Assembly (NCBI GenBank): GCA_963826785.1
Contig: CAWGYD010000010.1
Span: 192,001 to 256,000 of the forward strand
Direction: 5' to 3'
Source of the DNA: an uncultured delta proteobacterium
GTDB lineage: Bacteria > Desulfobacterota > Desulfobacteria > Desulfobacterales > Desulfosalsimonadaceae
Length of the DNA stretch: 64,000 nt
Positions 10,286 through 19,982 of this stretch are shown piece by piece (position 1 is the stretch's first letter; the number at the start of each line of letters is the position of its first letter). The notes under the pieces were generated by a model. That model saw only the letters and a program-made list of their open reading frames with translations, had not been told where the DNA came from and searched no databases. The translations under genes and the position numbers were made by a program.

Positions 10286-11591
10286 AAAAACGATCGTCTC
10301 CCCTGCCCTGTCCGTGATCACCCTGGGATGCAAGGTCAACCAGTATGAATCCGAGTCGCTGCAGGCCGAAATGAAGGCGTCCGGCTGGAAATCGGATCAT
10401 CGTCCCGATGTCTGCATCGTCAATACGTGCAGCGTCACCCACAAGGCGGCTTTTCAGTCCCGCCAGGCCATCCGGCGGGCCATCCGCGATTATCCCGGCG
10501 CGGTAATCATTGCCACGGGCTGCTATGCGCAATCCGAACCCCAGGTTCTCCAAAAGATCGAAGGACTGGATTATATCATCGGCAATGCTCAAAAAGAAAA
10601 TCTTCCGGAAATTCTTTCCGGAACGCTTTTAAAACAGGGCCGCTTCCCCCAAAAGATCATGGGCGAATTCAGCAAAATTGAAACCATCGGGCGAGCAGCT
10701 GCCGGCAGCCGCGCCAGGCCATTTATCAAAATCCAGGACGGATGCGAAGCTTTCTGCACCTACTGCATTGTTCCCTACACCCGGGGTCCCAGCCGGAGCC
10801 TTGCGCCCCATAAAGTCTTGGAACAGATTGAATCTTTATCGGACCAGGGGGCCATGGAAGTGGTCTTGAGCGGCATCCACCTGGGAAAATACGGTCTTGA
10901 TCTGAATCCGCCCTTTCCCCTGATCAATCTCCTGCGCCAGATTCATCGACAGAACCGGATCCATCGTATTCGCCTGAGTTCCATCGAACCCGGGGAATTA
11001 ACGCAGGAACTGCTCACGTTTATCGCCGATTCAGGACGGATCTGTGATCATTTGCACATTCCATTGCAAAGCGGTGACGCACAGGTGCTTAAAAAGATGG
11101 GGCGCCCCTACACGCCGGATGAATTTTCAAGCCTGGTCAGGCGGATTCGCGCCTTGCTGCCGGACGCGGCGATCGGCGCGGATGTGATGGTCGGCTTTCC
11201 CGGCGAAACAAAGGAGGCATTTGCCAATACCTATTCTTTGCTTGAGACGCTGCCCGTGACATACCTTCATGTGTTCCCCTTTTCTCCGCGCCCGAATACG
11301 CCCGCCAGCCGATATCCCGATCCGGTGCCGGCAGATGAGATCCGGAAGCGCAGACAGGCCCTGACCCGAATGGGCGCGGAAAAGAAAAAAACTTTCCATG
11401 AAAGCATGATGGGAAAAGCGCTTGAAGTGATCATCGAAGATAAGCGGGATTCAAAAACCGGATGGCTCAAGGGCATGAGTAAAAATTATGTGCGGGTGCT
11501 GATAGACGGTGATAACCGACTGAAAAACCGGATGATCATCTGCCGGCCGGATAAAATATCGGATTCGGGCGATCTGATGGCCGCCATTTAA
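10278..11591 (+). CDS. mtaB: tRNA t6A37 methylthiotransferase (radical SAM)
   Basis: TLGCKVNQYES, NTCSVT, TGCYAQ, KIQDGCEAFCTYC, HVFPFSPR. Confidence 0.92.
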   Translation: MPEKTIVSPALSVITLGCKVNQYESESLQAEMKASGWKSDHRPDVCIVNTCSVTHKAAFQSRQAIRRAIRDYPGAVIIATGCYAQSEPQVLQKIEGLDYIIGNAQKENLPEILSGTLLKQGRFPQKIMGEFSKIETIGRAAAGSRARPFIKIQDGCEAFCTYCIVPYTRGPSRSLAPHKVLEQIESLSDQGAMEVVLSGIHLGKYGLDLNPPFPLINLLRQIHRQNRIHRIRLSSIEPGELTQELLTFIADSGRICDHLHIPLQSGDAQVLKKMGRPYTPDEFSSLVRRIRALLPDAAIGADVMVGFPGETKEAFANTYSLLETLPVTYLHVFPFSPRPNTPASRYPDPVPADEIRKRRQALTRMGAEKKKTFHESMMGKALEVIIEDKRDSKTGWLKGMSKNYVRVLIDGDNRLKNRMIICRPDKISDSGDLMAAI

Positions 11592-11676
11592 GACGGATAT
11601 GATTTTTCACCAAGCGGTACGATTAAACATGCGCCTTGAACATTGTCGCCGCTTTTTTTTACAGAAAGGGACCGTG

Positions 11677-12078
11677 ATGAGCGATATCCAGGAAGAAGCA
11701 CGCACCACTTTTACCATCTCCGAGCTTTCCGACCAGCTTGATATCAGTGCCCGGGCCATCCGTTTTTACGAGGAGAAAGGCCTGATCCTTCCCCAGCGGA
11801 CCAAAGGCAACCACCGATTTTACAGCAAGAGGGACCGGGCCCGGCTGAAGTTGATTTTGCGGGGCAAGCGGCTGGGCTACTCCCTGGATGAAATCGCGGA
11901 AATGATCGGCATGGCGGATTTCAGCATGGATGAGAAGCAGCAACTCGTCAAAAGTCTCGAGTACGGCCGGAAAAAACTCAAGGAAATCAATGAGCGGATG
12001 GAAGAACTGGAAATTCTCAAGCAGGACCTGCTGGCCATTCAGCAAAAAATCACCTCCCGCTTGAGCGAACTGTCCTGA
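11677..12078 (+). CDS. MerR-family regulator (LiuR-like)
   Basis: TISELS...IRFYEEKGL...RDRARLKLILRGKRLGYSLDEI. Confidence 0.88.
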   Translation: MSDIQEEARTTFTISELSDQLDISARAIRFYEEKGLILPQRTKGNHRFYSKRDRARLKLILRGKRLGYSLDEIAEMIGMADFSMDEKQQLVKSLEYGRKKLKEINERMEELEILKQDLLAIQQKITSRLSELS

Positions 12079-12153
12079 TCCGTCCTCATAGAATACGATT
12101 GTCCCCTTTTTAAACATCAAGTCCTGCCAGATTTTGCCAAAGGAGGAAAACAC

Positions 12154-12876
12154 ATGGCCATCATCGAATGGAAAAAGGACCAAAACGTCGGCATCATTTA
12201 TTTAAACAACGGGGAAAATCGGCAGAATCTGGATTTTGCCCATGCGCTGGACCACACGCTTGACGAGATGATCACAGATCCGACCATCACTGCGGTGGTC
12301 ATTTCATCCACGGACCCTAAATTCTGGTCTCTGGGCGTGGATATCGAATGGCTGGGAAAACAGATGCAAGATCAGAACGTTGACAACATCAAGGCGTTCA
12401 TGTACGGCATGAACGCGGTGTTTAAAAAACTTCTGCTGCTGCCGGTGCCCGTCATCGCGGCCATCAACGGGCATGCTTTCGGAAACGGCGCCATTCTCGC
12501 CTGCGCCTGCGATTTCAGGTTCATGAAGTCGGACAGGGGGTATTTCTGCTTTCCGGAAGTGGATTTGGGCATCCCCTTTCTTCCGGGCATGATCGCCTTT
12601 ATCCGCAAGGCATTGCCATCATACAAGATCAATGAAATGATGCTCACCGGAAAACGGGCGGGGGCAGTTGAACTGGAAGCCGATCACGTAATCGAAAAAG
12701 CCTGCGCAAATGACCAGGCGCTGCATACCGAAGCCATGTCTTTTGCCGCAGGGTTTCACAAAAAGAGGGGGATCTTCGCCGAGCATAAAAAGCGGCTGCA
12801 CAAACGGATCATCGAGATCATCGATACGCAGGACCCCGAATATATCGACAGCCTGTTTCTGATGGTCCAGGATTGA
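12154..12876 (+). CDS. Enoyl-CoA hydratase/isomerase (crotonase) family
   Basis: WSLGVD, PVIAAINGHAFGNG, CDFR, FPEVDLG. Confidence 0.9.
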   Translation: MAIIEWKKDQNVGIIYLNNGENRQNLDFAHALDHTLDEMITDPTITAVVISSTDPKFWSLGVDIEWLGKQMQDQNVDNIKAFMYGMNAVFKKLLLLPVPVIAAINGHAFGNGAILACACDFRFMKSDRGYFCFPEVDLGIPFLPGMIAFIRKALPSYKINEMMLTGKRAGAVELEADHVIEKACANDQALHTEAMSFAAGFHKKRGIFAEHKKRLHKRIIEIIDTQDPEYIDSLFLMVQD

Positions 12877-12886
12877 AGAGCGGGCA

Positions 12887-13504
12887 TCAGGTAAACGCGG
12901 AGATATTGAAAAACTTGAGTGTTTCTTTGGCTTCCCGGATATATTCCTGCCGGTCCAGTCCCAGCATGGGGCGAAAGAAGTTCTCGCCGGAAATAAAGTT
13001 GTGAATGGCATTCATGATGGACAGGACCTTCATCCTGGCGGCAACCGGGACATTTTTCCGATCCTGGGCCAGCCCCATGGAATAGGCGATGTCTGAAATG
13101 TATTCCGGCACCGTAAAATCGATCAGGCTTCCGTGGCGGGTCTTGGTGAAATACCGGAACAGGGTCAGGTTGGAAATTTCCGGATTTTCAAACAGGTAAT
13201 CCGCAATCTCGTCGATGGCGATTTCAATGCGCTCGGCAAGGGGCCGCCCCTTGATGATCTTTTCAATTTCGATCAGTTTCTGTCGCAGTCCGTTATTGAT
13301 ATCCAAGACCACCGCCTCATAGAGATCCCCTTTTTCCCCCCAGTGGTAATACAGGGTCGATATGTCGATGTTCACGGCTTTTGCGATCATGCGGGTGGTG
13401 GTGCCGTGAAACCCGTATTCGCCGAATATTCTGCGGGCCGCCGCCAGAATCTTTGCCTTCATGGAATCGGGATTCTGCTTGGCCTTTTCAAGTGATGATG
13501 CCAT
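12887..13504 (-). CDS. TetR/AcrR regulator
   Basis: ILAAARRIF..YGFHGTTTRMIAK...LYYHW..K..LY HTH. Confidence 0.9.
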   Translation of the reverse strand: MASSLEKAKQNPDSMKAKILAAARRIFGEYGFHGTTTRMIAKAVNIDISTLYYHWGEKGDLYEAVVLDINNGLRQKLIEIEKIIKGRPLAERIEIAIDEIADYLFENPEISNLTLFRYFTKTRHGSLIDFTVPEYISDIAYSMGLAQDRKNVPVAARMKVLSIMNAIHNFISGENFFRPMLGLDRQEYIREAKETLKFFNISAFT

Positions 13505-13531
13505 TTTATTTCCTGCCTCTTCTGCCGGGTT

Positions 13532-14674
13532 TTAAATGATCCCGTTTGCTTCAAAATCCTTTATCTGTTCATCTGAAAATCCCATTTCATTCAGGATTTC
13601 CGCGGTGTGCTCCCCGAATTCCGGCGGGCGCGTCCGGATGGAGCCCGGCGTCCGGCTCAATTTCACCGGCGTACCCAACACGGTTAACGGTTTCCCGGCT
13701 TTGTCCACAACACTGGCCACCATTTCCCTTTCCGCAAACAGGGGGTCTTTGAGGGCTTCATCCAGGGTTTTGACCGGACCCCAGCAGACATCGAGGCCGT
13801 CAAGCGCCGCCTCCCACTGGGCCAGGGTTTTCTGTTTGAACTTGGAACGCATGAACGAGATGATCTCATCCTTCATGGCGTCATCGTACTGGTGGGGAAT
13901 ATAGCCCGGAACCTCGAAAAATTCGCAGATGATTTTCCAGAACCGGTTTTCCACCGCGCCAATGGAAAGATAGCGGCCGTCTGCGGTTTCATAGGTATTG
14001 TAGCAGGCATAACGGTGGGACAGGATCGAATCGGATCGGCCGATGGGGGCACCCATCAACTGCCGGAAACCCAGCACCAGAGACAGCAGGCTCATGGCCC
14101 CGTCGGTCATCGAAATATCCACATACTGGCCTTTGCCGCTCATTTCCCGCGAATACAGCGCCATGACGACGCCGATCACTGCATACAGGGCCCCGCCGGC
14201 AATGTCGGCGATTTGAAATCCCGGTATCAGCGGCCGGCCGTCCTTTTCTCCGATCAGGTCGAGCACGCCCGCGGTGCTCAGGTAATTGACGTCATGGCCG
14301 GCCTTTTCCCGCAGGGGGCCGGTCTGACCGTAACCGGAAATCGAGCAGTATACGATTTTTGGATTGATCCCTGAAAGGGTTTCATAATCGACTCCCAGCC
14401 GGGCGGTGACGCCGGGCCTGAACCCTTCCAGAACCACGTCGGCCGTTTTGACCATGGCATAAAAAATCTCCCGGCCGGCTTCGGACTTCAGATTCAATGT
14501 CATGTGCTGCTTATTGCGGCATATGGTTTTGGTGCCGCCGAATTCCGAAGCGTACCGCTTGTCTTCGATGGCGATGACCTGTGCCCCGTGATCGGCCAGT
14601 ACCATGGAGCAGAATGGTCCCGGCAGCAGCCGGGAAAGATCCAGAACCGTAATGTTATTCAATGCGCCTGCCAA
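13532..14674 (-). CDS. CaiB/BaiF family III CoA-transferase / alpha-methylacyl-CoA racemase-like
   Basis: VLDLSRLLPGPF, EGFRPGV, SISGYGQTGP, AGHDVNY, QIADIAGG. Confidence 0.92.
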   Translation of the reverse strand: MAGALNNITVLDLSRLLPGPFCSMVLADHGAQVIAIEDKRYASEFGGTKTICRNKQHMTLNLKSEAGREIFYAMVKTADVVLEGFRPGVTARLGVDYETLSGINPKIVYCSISGYGQTGPLREKAGHDVNYLSTAGVLDLIGEKDGRPLIPGFQIADIAGGALYAVIGVVMALYSREMSGKGQYVDISMTDGAMSLLSLVLGFRQLMGAPIGRSDSILSHRYACYNTYETADGRYLSIGAVENRFWKIICEFFEVPGYIPHQYDDAMKDEIISFMRSKFKQKTLAQWEAALDGLDVCWGPVKTLDEALKDPLFAEREMVASVVDKAGKPLTVLGTPVKLSRTPGSIRTRPPEFGEHTAEILNEMGFSDEQIKDFEANGII

Positions 14675-14841
14675 CTTTTTGCCTCCGTATTTCCGTTTGC
14701 CTCAGTCATTCGTATCCGTCTGCGATTCCATCGATGGTTTCCATCATTTGTTTGAAACAAATACCGATTTCGGTCTTCCAAGTCAACATAAAGAATTCGA
14801 TTATATTTTTGAATGATGTTTTAGGAAGTGAAAAAATTCTT

Positions 14842-14870
14842 TTGACAGGGGCTGAAAAAGGGCCTATTAT
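14842..14870 (+). promoter_or_regulatory. Putative sigma70 promoter of the acyl-CoA fusion operon
   Basis: TTGACA (14842-14847), 17 nt spacer, TATTAT (14865-14870). Confidence 0.65.
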
Positions 14871-15081
14871 CTCCCCATCATTTGCTGGAATAAATTGATG
14901 TGGCCCTATACATGATTCTTTTTATCGTCATTTCAAGATGATATCCGGCCATGCCGCTATTGTCATTTTTCGTATCAAAACAACGAATCAACGTGATCAT
15001 ATCGTATATTCAACATGTCCCGACATCGACTACATATTTTATCTTCATTTCTGATTACAAACATCAAAAGGAGGTAGTGAA

Positions 15082-17214
15082 ATGGCCTTAGATCTGGATG
15101 CCGTCGGAAAGAAAATCGGCCCCATTTCCAAAGATTACAACTGGAAAGATGTAATCCTGTATGCATTGGGCGTGGGTTCCGGATTTTCCGAACCCGAGTT
15201 CACCTATGAAAAAGACCTGAAAGTGATTCCCTCTTTTTCCATAGCGACGATATTTGATTTCCTGACCCATTTCGCCATCAAGGCCAATGTGAATCTGGCC
15301 GGCATTCTGCATGGCGAGCAGGACCTGATCTTTCATCAACCCATCCCCATTGAAGGGACCCTGACCACGGACGGCCAGATCACCCATTTTTATGACAAGG
15401 GGAAAGGCAAAGGGGCCCTGATGGTCGGCGAAAGCGACACTTACCATTCGAACGGCAAAAAGCTGTTCACCAGCAAGCTGACCCTGTTTGCGCGTCTGGA
15501 TGGCGGCTTTAACGGTGAGGAAGCGCCAAAGGAAACCTTTGCTTTTCCGGAAAAAGCCCCCGATTTTGAAATAGAAGCCCGCCCCGACCCGGATCAGCCG
15601 CTCCTCTACCGGCTTTCCGGCGACGTATTTGCACTCCATGCCGATCCCGAGTTCGCCAAGATGGCCGGGTTTGAAAAGCCGATCATGCATGGGCTCTGCA
15701 CCTACGGGTATGCCTGCCGGGCTCTCATGCAGAGCCTGACCCCGGGTGAACCGGAAAAGGTCCGCCGGCTCAAATGCCGTTTTTCCCGCCCCCTGTACCC
15801 GGGCGACCCGATCCGGACCCAGATCTGGAAAACCGGGGATGGCCGTGCGGTGTGGAAGGTCATCAATACCAAATCCGGCGAAGAGGTCATCACCAACGGT
15901 GTTTTCGAATACGGCGACGTTCCCAGAAATGAACTGCGCTTTGATGATCAGGTGGCCATCGTGACCGGCGCCGGCGGCGGCCTGGGAAAAGTGTACGCCC
16001 TGGAACTGGCCAAGCGCGGCGCTAAAGTGGTCGTCAATGACCTGGGTGGAAGCCGTGACGGACAGGGCGGCGCCAGGGGACCGGCAGACCAGGTGGTGGA
16101 TGAGATCACGGCCATGGGCGGCCAGGCCGTGGCCAACTATGATAACGTGGCCACCCCGGAAGGCGGCGAAAACATCGTCAAATCCGCCCTGGAAACATTT
16201 GGCACCGTGGACATCCTGATCAACAACGCGGGAATTCTTCGGGACAAGAGCTTCATCAAAATGGAGCCCGAAAACTGGAAAGCGGTGCTGGATGTTCACC
16301 TGGTGGGCGCCTATAACGTCACCCGGCCGGCATTTGCGGTCATGCGGGAAAAAGGCTACGGCCGAATCATCATGACCACCTCCGCAGCCGGCCTGTACGG
16401 CAATTTCGGTCAAACCAACTACAGCGCCGCCAAGATGGGGCTGGTGGGCTTCATGAATACCCTGAAGCTGGAAGGCCGTAAATACGACATCAAGGTCAAC
16501 ACGGTGGCCCCTATTGCTGCCTCACGCTTGACCGAGGACATCATGCCCCCGGATCTCTTTGAAAAACTCAAACCCGAGTATGTCTCGCCCCTGGTGCTTT
16601 ACCTGTCGTCGGATCGCTGCAAGGAAACCGGTTATATGTACAACGCCGGAATGGGATTTTTCAACCGGGCCGCCGTGGTCACCGGCTCCGGAACCACCAT
16701 CGGCGACGGGATCAACCCGCCGGCCGCGGAAGATGTGGCTGCCAGTTTCGACAAGATCAGCTCGCTTTCCGGAGGGAAGGAATACGGGGAACTGAACGAA
16801 CAGGTGGGCGACCTGATGAATGCATTTTCCGCTCCCGCTTCGGGCAGCGGACAGCGTGCCGGAAAAAAGCAGGCCGGCTCGGTGAAGGATGTTTTTTCCG
16901 CCATGGCCGATGCCTTCGACCCTGAAGCCGCCAAAGGCGTGGATGTGATATTTCAGTACCACATTTCCGGGGATAAGGGAGGCGACTGGCAGGTGGTGAT
17001 TCAAAATCAGACCTGCACGGTTTCACCGGGGGTTCACGAAAAGCCCACCTGCACGCTGAAGATGCAGGATATCGATTTTCTGGACATGATCGGCGGCACC
17101 CTGCCCGCCATGCAGGCGTACACGTCCGGAAAGCTGAAAATCGAGGGGGACATCATGAAATCCCAGCTGATCGAAAAACTGTTCAAATCATATAATAAGG
17201 AGATCAAATCATGA
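15082..17214 (+). CDS. Fusion: MaoC-type (R)-enoyl-CoA hydratase 2 + SDR (R)-3-hydroxyacyl-CoA dehydrogenase + SCP2 (MFE-2-like, permuted order)
   Basis: YRLSGDxxxLHxDP...HGLCT hydratase-2 motif; TGAGGGLG, NNAG, YSAAK; C-terminal AYTSGKLKIEGD SCP2. Confidence 0.9.
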   Translation: MALDLDAVGKKIGPISKDYNWKDVILYALGVGSGFSEPEFTYEKDLKVIPSFSIATIFDFLTHFAIKANVNLAGILHGEQDLIFHQPIPIEGTLTTDGQITHFYDKGKGKGALMVGESDTYHSNGKKLFTSKLTLFARLDGGFNGEEAPKETFAFPEKAPDFEIEARPDPDQPLLYRLSGDVFALHADPEFAKMAGFEKPIMHGLCTYGYACRALMQSLTPGEPEKVRRLKCRFSRPLYPGDPIRTQIWKTGDGRAVWKVINTKSGEEVITNGVFEYGDVPRNELRFDDQVAIVTGAGGGLGKVYALELAKRGAKVVVNDLGGSRDGQGGARGPADQVVDEITAMGGQAVANYDNVATPEGGENIVKSALETFGTVDILINNAGILRDKSFIKMEPENWKAVLDVHLVGAYNVTRPAFAVMREKGYGRIIMTTSAAGLYGNFGQTNYSAAKMGLVGFMNTLKLEGRKYDIKVNTVAPIAASRLTEDIMPPDLFEKLKPEYVSPLVLYLSSDRCKETGYMYNAGMGFFNRAAVVTGSGTTIGDGINPPAAEDVAASFDKISSLSGGKEYGELNEQVGDLMNAFSAPASGSGQRAGKKQAGSVKDVFSAMADAFDPEAAKGVDVIFQYHISGDKGGDWQVVIQNQTCTVSPGVHEKPTCTLKMQDIDFLDMIGGTLPAMQAYTSGKLKIEGDIMKSQLIEKLFKSYNKEIKS

Positions 17215-19955
17215 TTGGAATCACATCTTACGGCGCCTATATTCCCCGTTTGAGATTAAACCGGATGGCGATTTTTCAAAGCATGGGATGGTTCGCCCCG
17301 GCGGTCATCATGGTGGCCCAGGGGGAACGCTCCATGTGCAACTGGGATGAAGACCCCATCACCATGGCGGTTGCCGCTTCCAGGGACTGCCTGGCCGGCA
17401 TGGACAAATCCGGAATCGACGGGATGTTTCTGGCCTCAACCACCCTGCCCTTTGCCGACCGCCAGAACGCCGGCATCGTGTCAACGGCCTTGAATTTACC
17501 GGACCAGATCGCCACGGCAGATTACACCTCCTCCCAGAAAGCGGGCACCAATGCCCTGCTCGGAGCCCTGGAATCCGTCAAAAGCGGCGAGCGCAAATCC
17601 GTTCTGGTGACGGGCACGGACCAGCGGGAAACCCGGCCGGCCTATTTTTATGAAATGTGGTTCGGCGACGGGGCGGCATCCCTTCTGGTGGGCGACACCG
17701 ATGTGATCGCCGAGTTCAAGGGCTCCTATTCGGTCTCCTATGACTTCGTGGACCATTATCGCGGCGCCCGGAAGCGTTTCGACTACACATGGGAGGAACG
17801 GTGGGTCCGGGATGAAGGATATTCCAAGATCATTCCGGAAGCAGTTAACGGACTGCTGAAAAAATGCAATCTGAACATCCAAGATGTCAGCAGACTGGTT
17901 TATCCCTGCTATTTCAAAGCCGAACACCGGGGCATCGCCAAAAAACTGGGGGCCTCCGCCGGGCAGCTGGTGGACAACCTGCACGAGGTGTGCGGCGAAA
18001 CCGGCACGGCCCATCCCCTGCTCATGCTGACCCAGGCCCTGGATGAAGCCAAACCCGGCGACAAAATCGTGGTGGCCGGGTTCGGCCAGGGATCGAATGC
18101 CTTTTTGTTTCAGGTGACTGAAAATATCGAAAAACTGCCCAGGCGGGATAAATTCAAGACCACGCTGGAGTACAAGGAAACGATCGACAATTACCCCAAG
18201 TTCCTGGAATTCAGAAATTTGATCGAGCCGGAGCGCGGCATCCGTGCCGAATCGCCCACCCAGACGGCCGTGACCGTCCTGTGGCGCCGGCGCAAAATGC
18301 TGCTGGGTCTGGTGGGCGGAAAATGCAGTGCCTGCGGCACCGCCCAGTTTCCCAAAACCCAGGTGTGCGTCAACCCCGCCTGCGTCGCCCATCATACCCA
18401 GCAAGACTATGAATTTGCAGATATTCCCGCCAAGGTAAAGACATATACCGGCGATCTGCTCGCCGTATCGGTGGACCCGCCCCACATTTACGGCATGGTC
18501 CAGTTCGAGGGGGGCGGCCGGTTCATGGCCGATTTTACCGACTGCAAGCTAAACGAGGTCAAGGTCGGGCTTCCCGTGCAGATGGTATTTAGAAAACGCG
18601 GTGATGACCCCCAGCGCGGCTTTGTCAATTACTTCTGGAAAGCCACCCCCATTCCCGGCGCCGCCGACGAGCTGAACAAGATCCGTTTCGACGGCCGGGT
18701 GGCCATTGTCACCGGTGCCGGCGGCGGACTGGGCCGCACTTATGCGCTGGAAATGGCCAAACGCGGCGCGGCCGTGGTCATCAACGATCTGGGCGGCGCC
18801 CGTGACGGTTCCGGCGGCGGCTCGACCTCGGCTGCGGACAAAGTGGTCGAGGAAATCAAAGCCATGGGCGGAAAGGCCGTTGCCAACTACGACAATGTCG
18901 CCACCCCCGAAGGGGGCGAAAACATCGTCAAGGCCGCCATGGACGCCTTCGGCCGGGTGGACATCCTGATCAACAATGCGGGCATTCTGCGGGACAAGAG
19001 CTTTACCAAAATGGAGCCGGACAACTGGGCCGCGGTCAAGGCGGTTCATTTGAACGGGGCATACAACGTAACCCGCCCCGCCTATAAAATCATGCGGGAA
19101 AACGGCTTCGGCCGCATCATCATGACCACATCGGCCGCCGGTCTGTACGGCAATTTCGGCCAGACCAACTACAGCGCCGCCAAGATGGCCCTGGTGGGTT
19201 TGATGAACACCCTCAAGCTGGAAGGCCAGAAATATGACGTGAAGGTCAATACGGTGGCCCCCATCGCCGCTTCCCGGCTCACCGAGGATATCATGCCGCC
19301 GGAAGTGTTTGAAAAACTCAAACCCGAATTCGTGGCCCCGCTGGTGCTCTATCTGTGCAGCGAAAAATGCGGGGAAACCGGAAAGATATTCAATGCCGGG
19401 ATGGGCTACTTCAACCGGGCGGCCGTTCTGACCAGCCCGGGCATCAAGCTCGGCGAAGGCGATCAGCTTCCCACGCCCGAAGAGATCAGCGAAAAAATCG
19501 AGCACATCAACGACATGGAAGGGGCCAAGGAATTTGCGGATTTGAATTCCGCCCTGATGGACCTGATGACCCCAAAAGCCGCCGTCGCCAAAAAAGGCCC
19601 TGAAAAGGAAGCCGGGGGGGCCGACGGGGGGGCCAAGGTGAGCGTTGCGGAAATTTTCGACAAGATGCCCGGCGCCTTCAACAAAGAGGCCGCCAAGGGA
19701 GTGGATGTGGTCTTTCAGTATGACATCTCCGGACCGTCCGGCGGGCAGTGGACCGTCGCCATCAAGGATCAGACCTGCACGGTCTCCCAGGGCACTGCCG
19801 ATAAGCCGACCTGCACGCTGAAAATCGCCGATGCCGACTTTGTCGACATGATTTCCGGGGTGCTCGATCCCATGAAGGCGTTTACCACCGGGAAACTCAA
19901 GATCGATGGAGACGTGATGAAATCCCAGCTGATCGGGAAACTGTTTAAACTCTAA
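15937..19955 (+). repeat. Duplicated SDR-SCP2 coding module (about 15937-17190 and 18684-19955)
   Basis: Identical DNA runs such as ACATCCTGATCAACAA, ACCAACTACAGCGCCGCCAAGATGG and TTTGAAAAACTCAAACCCGA in both copies. Confidence 0.9.
17211..19955 (+). CDS. Fusion: HMG-CoA-synthase-like + DUF35 (Zn-ribbon/OB fold) + SDR + SCP2
   Basis: GITSYGAYIPR, DEDPITMAV, GDGAA; CSAC...CVNPAC and YFWKA; second SDR (YSAAK); SCP2 AFTTGKLKIDGD; ATGA overlap with the upstream gene. Confidence 0.88.
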   Translation: MIGITSYGAYIPRLRLNRMAIFQSMGWFAPAVIMVAQGERSMCNWDEDPITMAVAASRDCLAGMDKSGIDGMFLASTTLPFADRQNAGIVSTALNLPDQIATADYTSSQKAGTNALLGALESVKSGERKSVLVTGTDQRETRPAYFYEMWFGDGAASLLVGDTDVIAEFKGSYSVSYDFVDHYRGARKRFDYTWEERWVRDEGYSKIIPEAVNGLLKKCNLNIQDVSRLVYPCYFKAEHRGIAKKLGASAGQLVDNLHEVCGETGTAHPLLMLTQALDEAKPGDKIVVAGFGQGSNAFLFQVTENIEKLPRRDKFKTTLEYKETIDNYPKFLEFRNLIEPERGIRAESPTQTAVTVLWRRRKMLLGLVGGKCSACGTAQFPKTQVCVNPACVAHHTQQDYEFADIPAKVKTYTGDLLAVSVDPPHIYGMVQFEGGGRFMADFTDCKLNEVKVGLPVQMVFRKRGDDPQRGFVNYFWKATPIPGAADELNKIRFDGRVAIVTGAGGGLGRTYALEMAKRGAAVVINDLGGARDGSGGGSTSAADKVVEEIKAMGGKAVANYDNVATPEGGENIVKAAMDAFGRVDILINNAGILRDKSFTKMEPDNWAAVKAVHLNGAYNVTRPAYKIMRENGFGRIIMTTSAAGLYGNFGQTNYSAAKMALVGLMNTLKLEGQKYDVKVNTVAPIAASRLTEDIMPPEVFEKLKPEFVAPLVLYLCSEKCGETGKIFNAGMGYFNRAAVLTSPGIKLGEGDQLPTPEEISEKIEHINDMEGAKEFADLNSALMDLMTPKAAVAKKGPEKEAGGADGGAKVSVAEIFDKMPGAFNKEAAKGVDVVFQYDISGPSGGQWTVAIKDQTCTVSQGTADKPTCTLKIADADFVDMISGVLDPMKAFTTGKLKIDGDVMKSQLIGKLFKL

Positions 19956-19982
19956 TCATTTGCCATAACAGGAGGAAATACC

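Noticed and set aside
14764..14775. ACCGA-TT-TCGGT palindrome as a TetR operator in the divergent CoA-transferase/fusion promoter region
   Set aside because: Plausible but too short and seen only once; cannot be supported from sequence alone.
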